From contig CAVQBY010000001.1 of the NCBI GenBank assembly GCA_963710925.1, positions 162,871 through 226,870 of the forward strand: a stretch of DNA of 64,000 bases, given 5' to 3'. Positions 28,682-44,396 of the stretch are shown one piece after another (position 1 is the first letter of the stretch; each line of letters opens with the position of its first letter). The notes under the pieces were generated by a model. It searched no databases and was not told the DNA's origin. It worked only from the letters and a program-made list of their open reading frames with translations. The stretch comes from an uncultured Pseudomonadota bacterium. Its GTDB lineage: Bacteria > Pseudomonadota > Alphaproteobacteria > Micropepsales > Micropepsaceae. The translations under genes were made by a program, and so were the position numbers.

Positions 28682-29900
28682 ATGTCGGAAAGAGTTCTCA
28701 TCATCGGCGCCGGCCAGGCCGCCGCCCAGGCCGTTGCGACGCTCAAGTCCGAAGGGTTTTCGCCGGCACGATCACGCTTGTGGGCGACGAGGCGTTTCCG
28801 CCCTATCAGCGGCCGCCTCTGTCGAAGGCCTATCTGCTGGGCAAGCTGGAGCGCGAGCGGCTGTTCCTCAAGCCCGACAATTTCTACAGCGAGGCCGGCT
28901 GCTGAGTTGATGCTGGGGGTTTCCGCGACGGCAATCGACCGCGCGGCCAGGACCGTCACGCTCTCCGACGGGCGCAGCCTCGCCTACGACAAGCTGCTGC
29001 TGGCGACCGGCACCCGCGTACGCCAGATTCCGGTTCCCGGCGCCGAACTGGCCGGAGTGCATTATCTGCGCAGCATCGCCGATGTCGATGCACTGCGGCC
29101 CGCGATGACGCCGGGCACCAGGCTGGCGATCGTCGGCGGCGGCTATATCGGTCTGGAAGTTGCGGCCGTCGCGGCCAAGCTCGGGCTCGAGGTCACGGTG
29201 TTCGAGGCGCTGGATCGCGTCATGGCCCGCGCGGTGTCGCCGCAGCTTTCCGCCTTCTATGAGAAGGAGCATCGCAATGCCGGCGTGCGCTTCTTCTTCA
29301 AGACCGGCGTCGAGGCGTTCGAGGGCGAGGAGGCGCTTGACGTCGGTGCAGCGCTGGCGGCCAGGAATTTCCCGCCGATATCGCGCTGGTCGGGATCGGC
29401 GTGGTTCCGAATGTGGAGCTTGCGCGAGCGGGCCGGCCTGCGCTGCGAGGACGGCATCGTGGTCGACACGTTCTGCACCACCACCTCCGATCCGGCCATC
29501 TTTGCGGCTGGCGATTGCACGCGCCATCACGGCCGCGACGGCAATGTGATCCGGCTCGAATGCGTGCAGAACGCGATCGACCAGGCCAAGCATGCCGCGC
29601 TTCGCAATGGTGGGCAGGCCGACGCCCTATCGCGAGGTGCCGTGGTTCTGGTCGGATCAGTACGATCTCAAGCTGCAGATCGCGGGCCTTGCCATGGCCC
29701 GGCGATCAGCTGGTGCTGCGCGGCGATCCCGAAGCCGCAAATTCGCGGTCTTCCACCTGCGCGAGGGTGCGGTCGCGGCCGTCGAGGCGGTCAATGCCGC
29801 CCCGGAATACATCGTCGGCCGCAAGCTGATCGCCGAGGGCACGCGCGTGCCGGCCGAGCGGCTTGCCGACACCGCCATCCCCATGAAAAGCATCGTATAG
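28682..29900 (+). CDS. FAD-dependent ferredoxin reductase (frameshifted)
   Basis: IGAGQAA, PYQRPPLSK in an alternative frame, GGGYIGLE, AAGDC, PWFWSDQYD. Confidence 0.9.
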
Positions 29901-32735
<2,835 letters not shown>

Positions 32736-32825
32736 TCCTGCCGCCCCCGAATTCCGCCGATGCGGCGAATCACTTTGGAATCAACATGATAGGGGGAGGT
32801 GTGAAGGCGCGCCTAGGGAGTGTGG

Positions 32826-32840
32826 TTAAGAAAGTGTAAA
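32826..32840. promoter_or_regulatory. CtrA-like box upstream of divL
   Basis: TTAA-GAAAGTG-TAAA (minus strand TTTA-N7-TTAAC), one mismatch to TTAA-N7-TTAA. Confidence 0.5.
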
Positions 32841-32946
32841 CCACCAAAATCTCGGTGCTGGGTACCAGATGTCGCGTGTTGCGGGGGCATTGGCGATTGC
32901 CGAATCCGATCAAGGCATTAAGCAATCGGTATACGGAGGGCCGAAC

Positions 32947-32986
32947 GAAAACGGCCCCCCCCCGAAAGGGGAGGGGCCGTCTTTTC
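32947..32986 (-). terminator. Rho-independent terminator after ahcY
   Basis: ACGGCCCC...GGGGCCGT stem flanked by AAAA and TTTT. Confidence 0.75.
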
Positions 32987-33032
32987 TGTGCATGACCGGC
33001 CCTGTCCGTCCGAGAAGGGCCGCTCAGGCTCA

Positions 33033-34443
<1,411 letters not shown>

Positions 34444-34545
34444 TCAGAAATTCCTTTATTCTGTCCCGCAGGCGCGCCCAGGACGGGCGCAGGGCCTCAC
34501 ACGCCGGCATGGCCGGGCGAGGGAGCGGGGGTGCGGCCGAGGCGG

Positions 34546-34607
34546 GGTATAGCAGCGGCCTCCCGGCCCGGCAAGGAGGATATAAAGAAATATGCATGTC
34601 TTTATGT
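34546..34607 (-). promoter_or_regulatory. ahcY promoter with adjacent SahR-like operator
   Basis: TTGCCG-N17-TATACC; AT-rich palindrome ATATAAAGA...TCTTTATGT at 34580-34607. Confidence 0.65.
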
Positions 34608-34893
34608 ATGTGGGCAAGGGTGGGCAGGCGCCCGGAGATGCGTGCGGCCGGGCCCAGGCCGGTGAAATTTGCACCAACCCCTCGGTCCTGAATTCGCAAG
34701 GCCGGGCACCTGGCGCGGCACGCGGCCTGCCCGGCAGGCTATGCGCCCGATCGATCGGATCGGTGCTGGCGGCGCGGCGGCGATCGTCGTTGCCCTGGGG
34801 CAGCCTCCATGCCCAAAGCCGGAACTTCCGTCGAAATCCGCGCGTTGGATAGACACACCGGCTCTGTCGGTTGAGGGATGCGGGAGTTCACGA

Positions 34894-35723
34894 ATGCAAG
34901 GATCGAGTTGTGCGGCGCTTGGGCTGGGCGTCGCGCTGATTTTGACGGCACCGGCATGGGCCGGCGACGGCCACCAGAACAATCAGAGCGGAGAGCAAGA
35001 CAAGGGGTTGCAGGGGTTTGTTTCTGTCGGCGTCGGGCTGATCCCCGACTACGAAGGTTCACAAGATTACGCCGCCACCCCCTATCTCGAAGCACGGTGA
35101 ATGACGGCAACTACTACGCCCGGTTCGAAGGCGGCGGCCTGCGAGTCAATCTGATCGATTCCGACATTTCCACGCTGGTCCGCTGCTCGGCTTTCGCCGC
35201 GGCCGGGGCGATGTCGGCAGCCGCACCATGACGCGCATGTACCACATCAAGGATTCGGTGACGGCTGGCGGCTTCGTCGAATACGAGCATGTGCACAAGG
35301 ATCCGCGTGCGGGCGAGCGCGTGACGCTGAGCGTGGCTGACGATGTCACCGGCAATGACAGCGGCTGGGAGGCCGACATCCGCGGCGTCATGCGACGGCC
35401 GGTGAATTTCATCGACCGCGGCCTGATCGCCTCGCTCGAGACCGATGCCGACTGGTCCAGCCAGAACTACATGCTGAGCTATTTTGATGTCACGCCCTCG
35501 GACGCTCTCCGCAGCGGCCTGCCGGTCTATGGCGCCAGTGCGGGCCTCAAGAGCGTCGGCGCGGCACTGTCGCTCGACCAGTATCTGTCGCGCAGATGGA
35601 GCGTGGGCATGCGGTTCCACTACGCGCGGGCGACGGGCGATGCCGCACGCAGCCCGGTGGTCGCGATCGCAGGTTCGCCCAATCAGTATTTCGTCGGGAC
35701 TGGTGGTGGGCGAGGTTCTGTAA
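34894..35723 (+). CDS. MipA/OmpV family outer membrane protein (frameshifted)
   Basis: Signal peptide, PDYEGSQDY, YMLSYFDVT, GDAARSPVV...GSPNQ. Confidence 0.85.
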
Positions 35724-35796
35724 GAGTGATCGGCGCCCCCGCCTGCCCGGCCGGCCCAGGCGCGTAAGCTCCTTGCAGACGCAGCGGAGGACGGTC

Positions 35797-36717
35797 ATGA
35801 GCGCCGTTGCCGGCAATCGCGCGCAAGATCGCACCATCGTCGCGGGCCGGCCGGTGCCGGATTTCCGGTACATCGAGGTCGAACCGCTGACGGGCGCGTG
35901 CGGTGCGGAAATCCGCGGGGTCGATCTCGCGGGTCTCCGCTCTCGGAGGATGTCGCTCGCAGAGCTGCGGACGGCGTTCGAGCATTTCCTCGTCATCATG
36001 CTGCGCGACCAGGCACTCACACCCGAACAGCACAAGGCGTTCAGCCGGCGCTTCGGCGAAATCATCGAACTGCCGCAGGCCCCGACCTATGGCGAACACC
36101 AGGACATGCAGGAGGTCCGCCGCGAAGCGCACGAGCCGGTATCCGTTGTGCCGTTCACGCGCTTCCACACGGACAGCCCGTTTCTCGCGCAGCCGCCGCT
36201 CTGCATGGTGATGCGCGCGCTGGACGTGCCGCGCTATGGCGGCGATACGGCCTTCGCCAACATGTATCTCGTCTATGAAGACCTGTCGGCGGGCCTGAAG
36301 GCCGTCCTCGACGAGCTCAAGGTCGTCTATTCGGGCAGGGATATCTGGGCCAAGAACGCCAAGCTCGATCCAGAAAAACGTTTGCGCCTGCGCGAAAGCC
36401 ACAGCTTCACCGAAGACCAGCTTGAAAGTGTACATCCAGCCGTGCGCCGCCATCCGCGGACAGGGCGCAGGGGGCTGTTCGTGACCGAAGCCTACTTTAA
36501 GCGTTTCGAGGGCTGGAGCGACGAGGACAGCCGCGGTTTGCTGGACTATCTCGCAAGGCTGCCCTACCGGCTGCAATACCAATGCCGCATACGCTGGAAG
36601 CCGGACACGCTGATCGTATGGGACAACCGCTTTCTGCAGCATTGCGGAATTCATGACTACGTCAATGAACGCCGGCACCTGATTCGCACGACGGTGCGGG
36701 GCGAAGCTCCGCTTTAG
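35797..36717 (+). CDS. TauD/TfdA family 2-oxoglutarate-dependent dioxygenase
   Basis: PLTGACGAEI, HTD, GGDTAF, HPAVRRHP, WDNR...H...R. Confidence 0.92.
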   Translation: MSAVAGNRAQDRTIVAGRPVPDFRYIEVEPLTGACGAEIRGVDLAGLRSRRMSLAELRTAFEHFLVIMLRDQALTPEQHKAFSRRFGEIIELPQAPTYGEHQDMQEVRREAHEPVSVVPFTRFHTDSPFLAQPPLCMVMRALDVPRYGGDTAFANMYLVYEDLSAGLKAVLDELKVVYSGRDIWAKNAKLDPEKRLRLRESHSFTEDQLESVHPAVRRHPRTGRRGLFVTEAYFKRFEGWSDEDSRGLLDYLARLPYRLQYQCRIRWKPDTLIVWDNRFLQHCGIHDYVNERRHLIRTTVRGEAPL

Positions 36718-36718
36718 C

Positions 36719-36988
36719 TCAGCGCTGCGCGAGATAAGCCGGCAACTCGCGTTCGAATTCGGGAAAGTAGCGCGCGATCACCATCAGGTCGAAGCGGGCC
36801 AGGATCAATTCCTTGGGCTCGCGATCGAGCAGGAAGCGGAATGCGGCTTCCACCGTCGCCCTCGGGTCATGTCCGCCCAGCCTGGCGCAATCGCCCGGCG
36901 TGAGGGTGACGTCGTGACGTGTCTGGGCTTTGCCCTCGCGGATCGTGACCGTGAAGGCCTCCGGGCCCGCGCGCTGGACTTCGATCAT
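36719..36988 (-). CDS. Small hypothetical protein
   Basis: FRFLLDREPKE..FDL.VI.RYFPEFE; AGGAG RBS. Confidence 0.7.
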   Translation of the reverse strand: MIEVQRAGPEAFTVTIREGKAQTRHDVTLTPGDCARLGGHDPRATVEAAFRFLLDREPKELILARFDLMVIARYFPEFERELPAYLAQR

Positions 36989-37017
36989 GCGGCGCTCCTG
37001 CTTCCGACGCCGCAAGT

Positions 37018-37470
37018 CTAGGCGCAGCAGGCGCCTTCCGCCATGCAGGCGCAACGCCGGGGAAGTTCCGCGGCAAGTTGCTGGAAATAATGTTCCAGCG
37101 CGGCGTGGACAACCGCATGCCGGGACGTGTCCTTCTTGATGGCGGCGATGCTCAGCCGCTCATAGTCGTCCGCGCTCATCGTGATCATGATGCGCCGAGG
37201 CTTGTCCTCGTGATCGTCTGGTCTGGCGGGCGCGGTCTGCGATGGCATCGGCGTGGGCGGCGGCGGCGCCGGGCGCGCCGGGCCGGCGGGGCGGGTGTGC
37301 TGCGGTCGCATCTGGATGCGCGGGGCGACGATCTCCCCGGGTAGCGCCACGGCGGACCTGGTCTCGTCGAACACCGACGGACGCGGGGGGAGCGTTTCGA
37401 GCGACGGCGAGGCGTCGCCCTTGCGCGCAAGCAGGCTGGCGGTCATCGAAGCGAATTTTGCGGAACTCAC
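37018..37470 (-). CDS. ParA partner with a possible C-terminal ribbon-helix-helix domain
   Basis: FASMTASLLARKG N-terminus, Pro-rich linker, RRIMITMSADDYERLSIAAIKKDTSRHAVVHAALE. Confidence 0.65.
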   Translation of the reverse strand: MSSAKFASMTASLLARKGDASPSLETLPPRPSVFDETRSAVALPGEIVAPRIQMRPQHTRPAGPARPAPPPPTPMPSQTAPARPDDHEDKPRRIMITMSADDYERLSIAAIKKDTSRHAVVHAALEHYFQQLAAELPRRCACMAEGACCA

Positions 37471-37490
37471 TTGTGGCTCCCCGCTGACGG

Positions 37491-38400
37491 CTAGAACGAT
37501 TGATCCGTGCTGCGCCGCCCGAAGGGCTGCACGCGGCGATTGGCGATACCGGCCGGTGGTTCGCCGGCGAAGCGCCGTCGGTCGAAGCCGGAACGGCGTT
37601 CGGGGCCATTATAGGCTGCGGCGTCCGGATATGGCGGCGGCGCGGGCGGCGTGGGGATGTCGCCCAGTTCGTCCGCCGCCATATCCGTGTCGGCGCTGTC
37701 GCTGGAGTTCGGCCGCCGACAGGCCGTTGACGGCGAAATTCTGCGGCACGAAATCGGGCGTGAACGCGATGTCGTGGGTCAGGCGCGCAAGCCGACTCTG
37801 AACATAGATCCACAATTCGCGGACTTCCTTGGCCGACGCGGATTTGGCCGTAATCTCGCCGACTGTGCGCCCGTCGACCATCGAGGCGGCGAAATCGACC
37901 CGATGATGGATTGTTACCGGGGCCACCGTACCGTGCTGGGACAGCGCCACCGCGGCCTCCCCGGTGATGCGCGCGCGCGGCGTCGCCGCATTGATGACGA
38001 ACAGCACCGGCTTGCCGTGCCGTTCGGCAATGTCCACGGTGGCGCCGACGGCCCTGAGGTCGTGCGGGCTCGGTCGCGTGGGCAGGATGACGAGGTCGGC
38101 ATGGCCGATGACGTGGCTGATCGATTCGGTGATGGCAGGCGGCGTGTCGATGACGGCCAGGCGGACGCCGGCCTCCCGCAACCGGTCCAGCGCTTCACCG
38201 AGTTCGAGCAGGCCGACTTTGACGAACAGCGGTTCCTCGGCGACGCGCGCATTCCACCAATGCGACAGGCTGCCTTGCGGGTCCGTGTCGATCAGCGCCA
38301 CCGGTCCGATACCGGCCTGTTGCGCCTCGACTGCCAGATGGCCCGAAAGCGTCGTCTTTCCGGATCCGCCTTTTTGCGACGCCAACACCAGAACGTGCAT
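37491..38400 (-). CDS. ParA family ATPase with C-terminal extension (frameshift near 37700)
   Basis: KGGSGKTT, DTDPQGS, IDTPP, PSPHDL; tail in ORF 37491..37682. Confidence 0.88.
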
Positions 38401-38602
38401 CGGATGTGCTTCCCTGGTTCGCCCGCAGCGCCCCTGCGCCGCGGGCCCGCACCCAAATCGTCAGCATGTTCTAGCGCGACCGGCTTTCGTCCCCGTGAAA
38501 AGGCGAGACGGCAATTGCAGAAATTTTGATGCAAATAAGCCCAAAAACGAACGCAGCGGCCGCGCAAGCGGTCGCTGCGTCCCGAGGAGGTGCCCAGGCT
38601 GG

Positions 38603-39936
38603 TCAGCGATAGGCGAAGGGCAGGCCCTTCCTGTCGAGATGGCGGTAGCGATCGCGCAATTGCGTCTGGCGCGAGACCATCGGCATGCGCGCGCCCTTGA
38701 TGAAGACGGCGGTCGGCGCGCTGGTCACCTCCAGCGGGTCGCCGTCCCACACCACCACATCGGCGTCTTTGCCGACGTCGAGCGTGCCGTAGCGGTCCGA
38801 GATCCCCCAGACTTGGGCCGGGTTCTTGGTGATCGCGGCCAGCGCATGTTCGAACGGCATGCCGTAGGAGACGGCATTGCCGGCCACCTGCGTGATCGTG
38901 CGGGCAAAATGCGGGGCGCCGTTGCTTTCGGGCATGAAGGTGACGGTCACGCCCGCGGCATCCATTCTTGCGGCGTTTTTCAGCGTCGCGCCGATATCGG
39001 CGAAGCTGTTCGGCAGGTTGTGCTGGGCGTCGATGATCACCGGCACATGGGCCGCCGCCAGATCCTTGGCCACCATCCAGCCTTCCTGGGCGCCGAGGAT
39101 CACGATCTTCAGATCCGTTGGCGCTTGGCATATTGCACCGCCTGGCGGATGTCGGAGGCGCGCTCGGCGTGAATCAGCAAGCGGTTCCTCGCCGCGGATC
39201 ACCGGGCCCAGCGCATCCAGATCGATGCGCGTGGTCCGCTGGTCGCGTGCGCCGCCGGGGCGGTGATAGCCCGCGCGATCCGCCCAGTAGTCGCGCGCAT
39301 CGTCCAGCATCTCGCGGAACTGGGCCCAACTGTCGGGGCGCGTGCCGCGGCCCAGATCGGCGCCGACCGGACCCAGCGTGACCAGGATGGCGGCATGCCG
39401 CTTGTCGAGCAGGTCGGGGCCGTTGCCCAGATCGATGACCGCGGCCTGTCCGTAGAACACGCCACTGCCCATCGAAGGTGCGGTTAGCGATCGGGTGACG
39501 CCGGCAATGCGGGCGATCGGGATCAGGGTCGAATTGGGGTTGATGGCGTCGGCGACGTCGAAAGCGGCGCTGGCGACCTCCTGATTGGCTTGGCTGTCAT
39601 TCGATTCGTTGACCATCTCGACTTCTTCGATGCCGAGCTGGGTGTAGGAGGCCATCAGGCCCGGCGTCACCGGCTTGCCCTCCGCGTCGATGACCGTGGC
39701 ATGTTCCGGAGCGGGCAGATTGCGTGCCGACGGCCGCGATCTTGCCGTTCTCGATCAGCACGTCGCCGTTTTCGATCGTCCCGGCGCTGCCGACCGTGAA
39801 GACCTTGCCGTGGCGGATCAGCACCGGCGGATTGGCGGGGCCGAGCGGTCGCGTCGTGACGGGCGCAGGTGATTGTGCGAGCGGCGGCGGCGCTCAGCGT
39901 CAGCGTGGCGGCGGCTGCGAGAAGGTAGCGTTTCAT
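38603..39936 (-). CDS. Secreted amidohydrolase family protein (frameshifted)
   Basis: Signal peptide, TPGL, ITKNPA..GTLDVGKDADVVVWDGDPLE; YTQLG replaces HxH. Confidence 0.85.
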
Positions 39937-41381
39937 TGGCCGGCTCCTCCGGTATGGCCGCGTGCGGGCAGCTGCCCGAGTTCGAAATCGCTGCGCGGCG
40001 AGATTTTCGGGTTGTCGCGATCAAACACGAGCGCCCCGTCGATATAGACCTTGTCGGTCAGCGTGTAGACGCTGAAGGGATCGCCGTTCCAGACGACGAC
40101 GTCGGCCATCTTGCCTTTTTCCAGCGTGCCGACCTTGTCGAGGATGCCTAGCGCTTGGCCGGGTTGGCGTCATCCAGGAGACGGCATGGGCGCGCGTGAT
40201 ATTCAGGCCGATACGCCGGCCCGCCGCCATGGCCTTGGCCACTTCCTGGTTGAGGCGCTGGATGCCGAGCGCGTCGTCGGAATGGATCATGGCGCAGGCG
40301 CCCGCCGCGTCGACCAGCGCGATGCCTTCGGGTACCGCGTCATAGGCTTCCATCTTGAAGCCCCACCAGTCGGACCACATCACCGCGCAGATGTGGTTGT
40401 CGCGCAGCAGGTCGGCGATCTTGTAGGCCTCGGTGGCGTGATGGAAGGCGGCGATGCGGAAGCCGAATTCCTTGGACAACGTCGATCATCGTCGCCATCT
40501 CGTCGGCGCGGTAGCAATGCATCTGCACAGGGATTTTCTTGTCCAGGACGAGCGCGAGCGTCTCCAGGCCGATATCGCGCTCCGGCGTGTCCTCGGCCTT
40601 TGCCGTCCTTCTTGGCCTTCCAGTATTTGCGCCATTTCTCGCGATAGGCCGTGGCTTTCTGAAAGGCGTCGCGATAACCGGCGACGTCGCCCATCAGGGT
40701 CGATGGTCCGCCCTTGTCGGCATAGACGCGCTTGGGATTCTCACCGCAGGCCATCTTCAGGTCATAGGGCGCGCCAGGAAATTTCATGCCCTGTGTCGTG
40801 CGCGAGGGCATCACGTTCTTGAGCACCACCGAGCGCCCGCCGATCAGATTGGCCGAGCCGGGCAGGATTTCCAGCGCTGGTCACCCCGCCGGCCAGCGCG
40901 CGGGTGAAGCCGGGGTCTTGCGGCCAGACCGAGTTCTCGGAGCGCACTTCGGGCGTCGTGGGCTTGGTGGCCTCGTTGCCGTCGCGCGTCGCCTGCATTG
41001 GACGGGCTGGGATAGACGCCGAGATGGGAGTGGATGTCGATGATGCCGGGCGTCACGAACTTGCCCTTGCCGTCGACAACTACCGCGCCTTTCGGGCGCC
41101 TCCAGCATGCTGACCGACAGCCACGATCTTGCCGTCCTGCATCAGCACGTCGGTGTTCTTGAGTTCCTTGTCGGTGCCCGTCAGCACCGTGGCGCCGCGG
41201 ATCAGGGTCGGTTTGGAGGGCAGCGGCTTGTAGGTCGATGGGAACTGATCGTTCGGGAACTGGTCGGCGACTTCGTTCGTCGCGACCGGCCTTTCCGCTC
41301 GAGGACGCGGATCAGAAACCACGCCGCCAGGCGACCGCACGCGGCCAGGGCGCCCCACAACAGGCTCCGGTTTGAATGCAT
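39933..41381 (-). CDS. Amidohydrolase family protein (frameshifted)
   Basis: PGIIDIHSHLG, KMACGENPK, HCYRADE, FHHATE, IHSDD. Confidence 0.87.
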
Positions 41382-41468
41382 GCATTGCTCCCCCAGAACA
41401 CGGCCCGCAGCATTGCCGGGCCATGAAGTGAAAGCCCATTGCAAGCTCCGGGTAAGGATTTCTGGGGA

Positions 41469-41748
41469 TCAATCTTCGCCGAATTTGGCTTCGATCAGTG
41501 CCAGGATGGCCGTCATCGCCTCCTCGGCGTCCGGGCCTTCCGCAGTGATTTCGATCTGCTGCCGAGGCTCGCGGCCAGCATCATCAGGCCCATGATGGAG
41601 CGGGCGTCCACGCTCTGGCCGTCCTTGGTCACGGTGATGTGAGATTGAAAGCGCGCTGCGGCTTCCACGAGCTTGGCCGATGCGCGTGCATGCAGGCCGC
41701 GCTTGTTCAAGATCGTCGCGACGGCCGCCGCCGCACGGTCTCGGTCAT
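41469..41748 (-). CDS. ptsH: Phosphocarrier HPr/NPr (frameshifted)
   Basis: NKRGLHARAS, SIMGLMML. Confidence 0.93.
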
Positions 41749-41752
41749 CGCC

Positions 41753-42158
41753 TCAGGCTCCGCCGACCAGGTCCGCGGAGCCGGCGCGCATGTATTTGCG
41801 TCCCGCCTCGATCGCTTCTTTCACCGCCTGCGTCGAGCGGCAGCTTGGCGCGCACATCGACGAGCTTGATCAGGCTGGGCAGGTTGGCGCCGGCCAGCAC
41901 CTCGATCTTGCCGCGATCGAGCAGGGTCAAGGCGAGATTGCAGGGCGTGCCGCCATACATGTCGGTGACGAGAACGACGCCATCGCCCATATCCACGGAT
42001 TTCGCGGCGGCTGCGATTTCGCGCCGCCGCCGTTCGATATCGTCTTCCGGGCCGATACAGACGGCGCGCAGATGGGTCTGCGGACCGACCATGTGCTCCA
42101 TCGCGGAGATGATTTCCTGCGCGAGCCGGCCATGCGTGACGATGACGATACCAATCAT
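41753..42158 (-). CDS. manX: PTS mannose-type EIIA
   Basis: MIGIVIVTHG, TDMYGGTPCN, GANLP. Confidence 0.9.
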
Positions 42159-42221
42159 GTTCTTGGACTATGTGTGGAGGGCGGTGCACGATAACAAGGC
42201 GCAGCCCGGATGGAACCCCCC

Positions 42222-42723
42222 TCACGGGGCTGCGACGGTCTCCCGCAGCAGATTGTGAATGACGGCGGCCGTCGCGGCCGCCACCTTGGCTGGCGCCGAC
42301 GCTTCGAAGGGATCCAGCCGCAGCAGCCGGGGCCGCGCCGATTCCGCGAGCTCCAGGGCTGCCGGGGGCTGCCAGATTTCGGCCGGCGGCAGGCGCTCCA
42401 CCGGCCCGCCGGGCACCAGTTCGACCACGAGTGCGATCCGCGCCCGCGGCCGATGGGGCAGGGCGACGATACCGAGATTTCGAACCTCGATCAGGCCGGC
42501 CAGGGCGGGCGCCGGAGCGGCGAACAGTGCGCCGTTGTGGACCGTCAGCGCGCGTGCGGTCGTCGGCCACCAGCTCGGCGCCCGCTGCGATCAGGCGCAG
42601 CGCCAGGTCGGATTTCCCGGCCCCGCTAGGGCCCAACAGCAGGACGCCGGCATCGGCCGGTGCGTTGAACGCGGCGCCCGAACGGCCCAGCGCGACGCAA
42701 CTGGCGTGAATGTTCGGGGTCAT
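42222..42723 (-). CDS. hprK: HPr kinase/phosphorylase (short alphaproteobacterial form), frameshifted
   Basis: HASCV, GPSGAGKSDLAL, LVADD. Confidence 0.88.
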
Positions 42724-42724
42724 C

Positions 42725-44375
42725 TCAGCCGCTCCCGTCCAGCGGCAATTCGACGACGAACCGGGCGCCGGCCGTCTCCTCGTCGGGTCCGACCCGGTTC
42801 TCCGCCCAGATGCGCCCGCCGACCCCCTCGACGATCTGCCGGGCAATCGACAGACCCAGCCCCGAATTCTTGCCGAAGTCGCTCTCGGCCGGGCGCTCGG
42901 TGTAGAAGCGGTTGAAGATGGTCTCCAGATTGGCCGGCGGAATGCCGGGGCCTTCGTCTTCAACCGTGATGCGCAGCGTGCGGCCGGCGGTGCGGGCCGA
43001 CACCTGCACCGTGCCGCCGTCCGGACTGAACGACACGGCATTGTCGATCAGATTGCGGAAAATCTGCCCCAGTCTTTCGCTGCGGCCGGACACGATGGCC
43101 GGGCCCTGCGGTTCGACATCCAGGACCAGCCGCACCGCGCGCGGCAAGCCCGTCAGCTTGTAGATTTCGGCGATGGTTCCCAGCAGATGCGCGATATCGA
43201 CCGGTTCGGCCGGCTCGCGGCTCAATTCGGCGTCCAGACGTGAGGCCTGGGAGATGTCGGTGATCAGCCGGTCGATGCGCTTGACGTCGTCGCGCACGAT
43301 GGCGATCAGCCGGTCGCGGGATTCCTGGTCGGGGAACCGCGCCATCATCTCGACAGCGCTCTTCAGCGACGTCAGCGGATTCTTCGAGTTCGTGGGCGAC
43401 GTCGGCGGCAAAGCTCTCGATGGCGTCAATGCGGTCATAAAGGGCGTGCGTCATGGCCGAAAGACTGTCGGCCAGCTCGCCGATTTCGTCGTTGCGGTCA
43501 TTGAGCTCGGGAATGGTCTCGCGCCCGGCCCGCCCGCGCCGCACCCGGTCGGCGGCGTCGGCCAGCCGGTGGATGGGTTCGGCAATGAAGCCCGACAGGT
43601 AAAGCGACGAGATCAGCATGACGATGAAGCCGACCAGGAACACCTCCATCAGAGTTGCCCGTTCTTCGCGCAATACCCCGTCAATGTCGCCGCCCTCGGT
43701 CGAGACCATCAGCACGCCATAGACGGCGCGAAAGCGCTGCACCGGCACCGCGACCGACAGGACGAGCCGGTTCTTCTCGTCGACCCGTTCCTCGGTGGCG
43801 ACCCTGCCGCCGAGCGCGGCCACGACTTCGGAATAGACCCGGCCGTCCTTTCCGGCCTCGAAATACGGTTCGAGCTTGGCGAAGGGGCGCACACCCATGA
43901 CGCCGTTGTAGATGCGCGTCACGGTCTGATCGACGCGGCTCCAGAAGTCCACCGGCGGAAGTTGGTAGGTTTGCACGATGTTGCGCGCGAGCAGATTGCG
44001 GGTGTCGACTTCGAGCGCCCCGTCGGTGCCATAGAGCCGGGCGCGCAACGAGGTGGGGGCGATGAGCTGGCGCAGCAACGGCTCGGCCTCGTCGACCTTG
44101 ATCGAGCGCGAGGCATCGTCGGTGGTGTATTCGGCCAGCGTGCCGGCCACGATCAGCGCCTGTTGTTTGATGCCGGCAAGCCGTTCGTCGATCAGTCCGA
44201 CGCGTGTCGACTGCACGAAGATGACCCCGCCCAGCAGGATGATCAGCACGATGGCGTTGAAGAAGATGATGCGGCGCGTCAGCGCCGAGAAGCGGCGCGA
44301 GCGCGCTGGCAGGCCCACCCGCCGGAATGCCGACCGGCGCTCGGGGTGGCCGGCCTGTTCGTCGAGCGCGCTCAT
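42725..44375 (-). CDS. chvG: Sensor histidine kinase ChvG/ExoS (frameshift near 43385)
   Basis: RIDAIESFAADVAHE, NPLTSL, NLIDNA, FYTERP, NSGLGL; follows chvI. Confidence 0.93.
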
Positions 44376-44396
44376 GGCGGCACGCGCGGGCGCCGC

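Noticed and set aside
34444-34560. SAH or SAM riboswitch in the ahcY leader
   Set aside because: No GAGGAGCGxTGC...AGGCTC core is visible; a protein operator explains the region better
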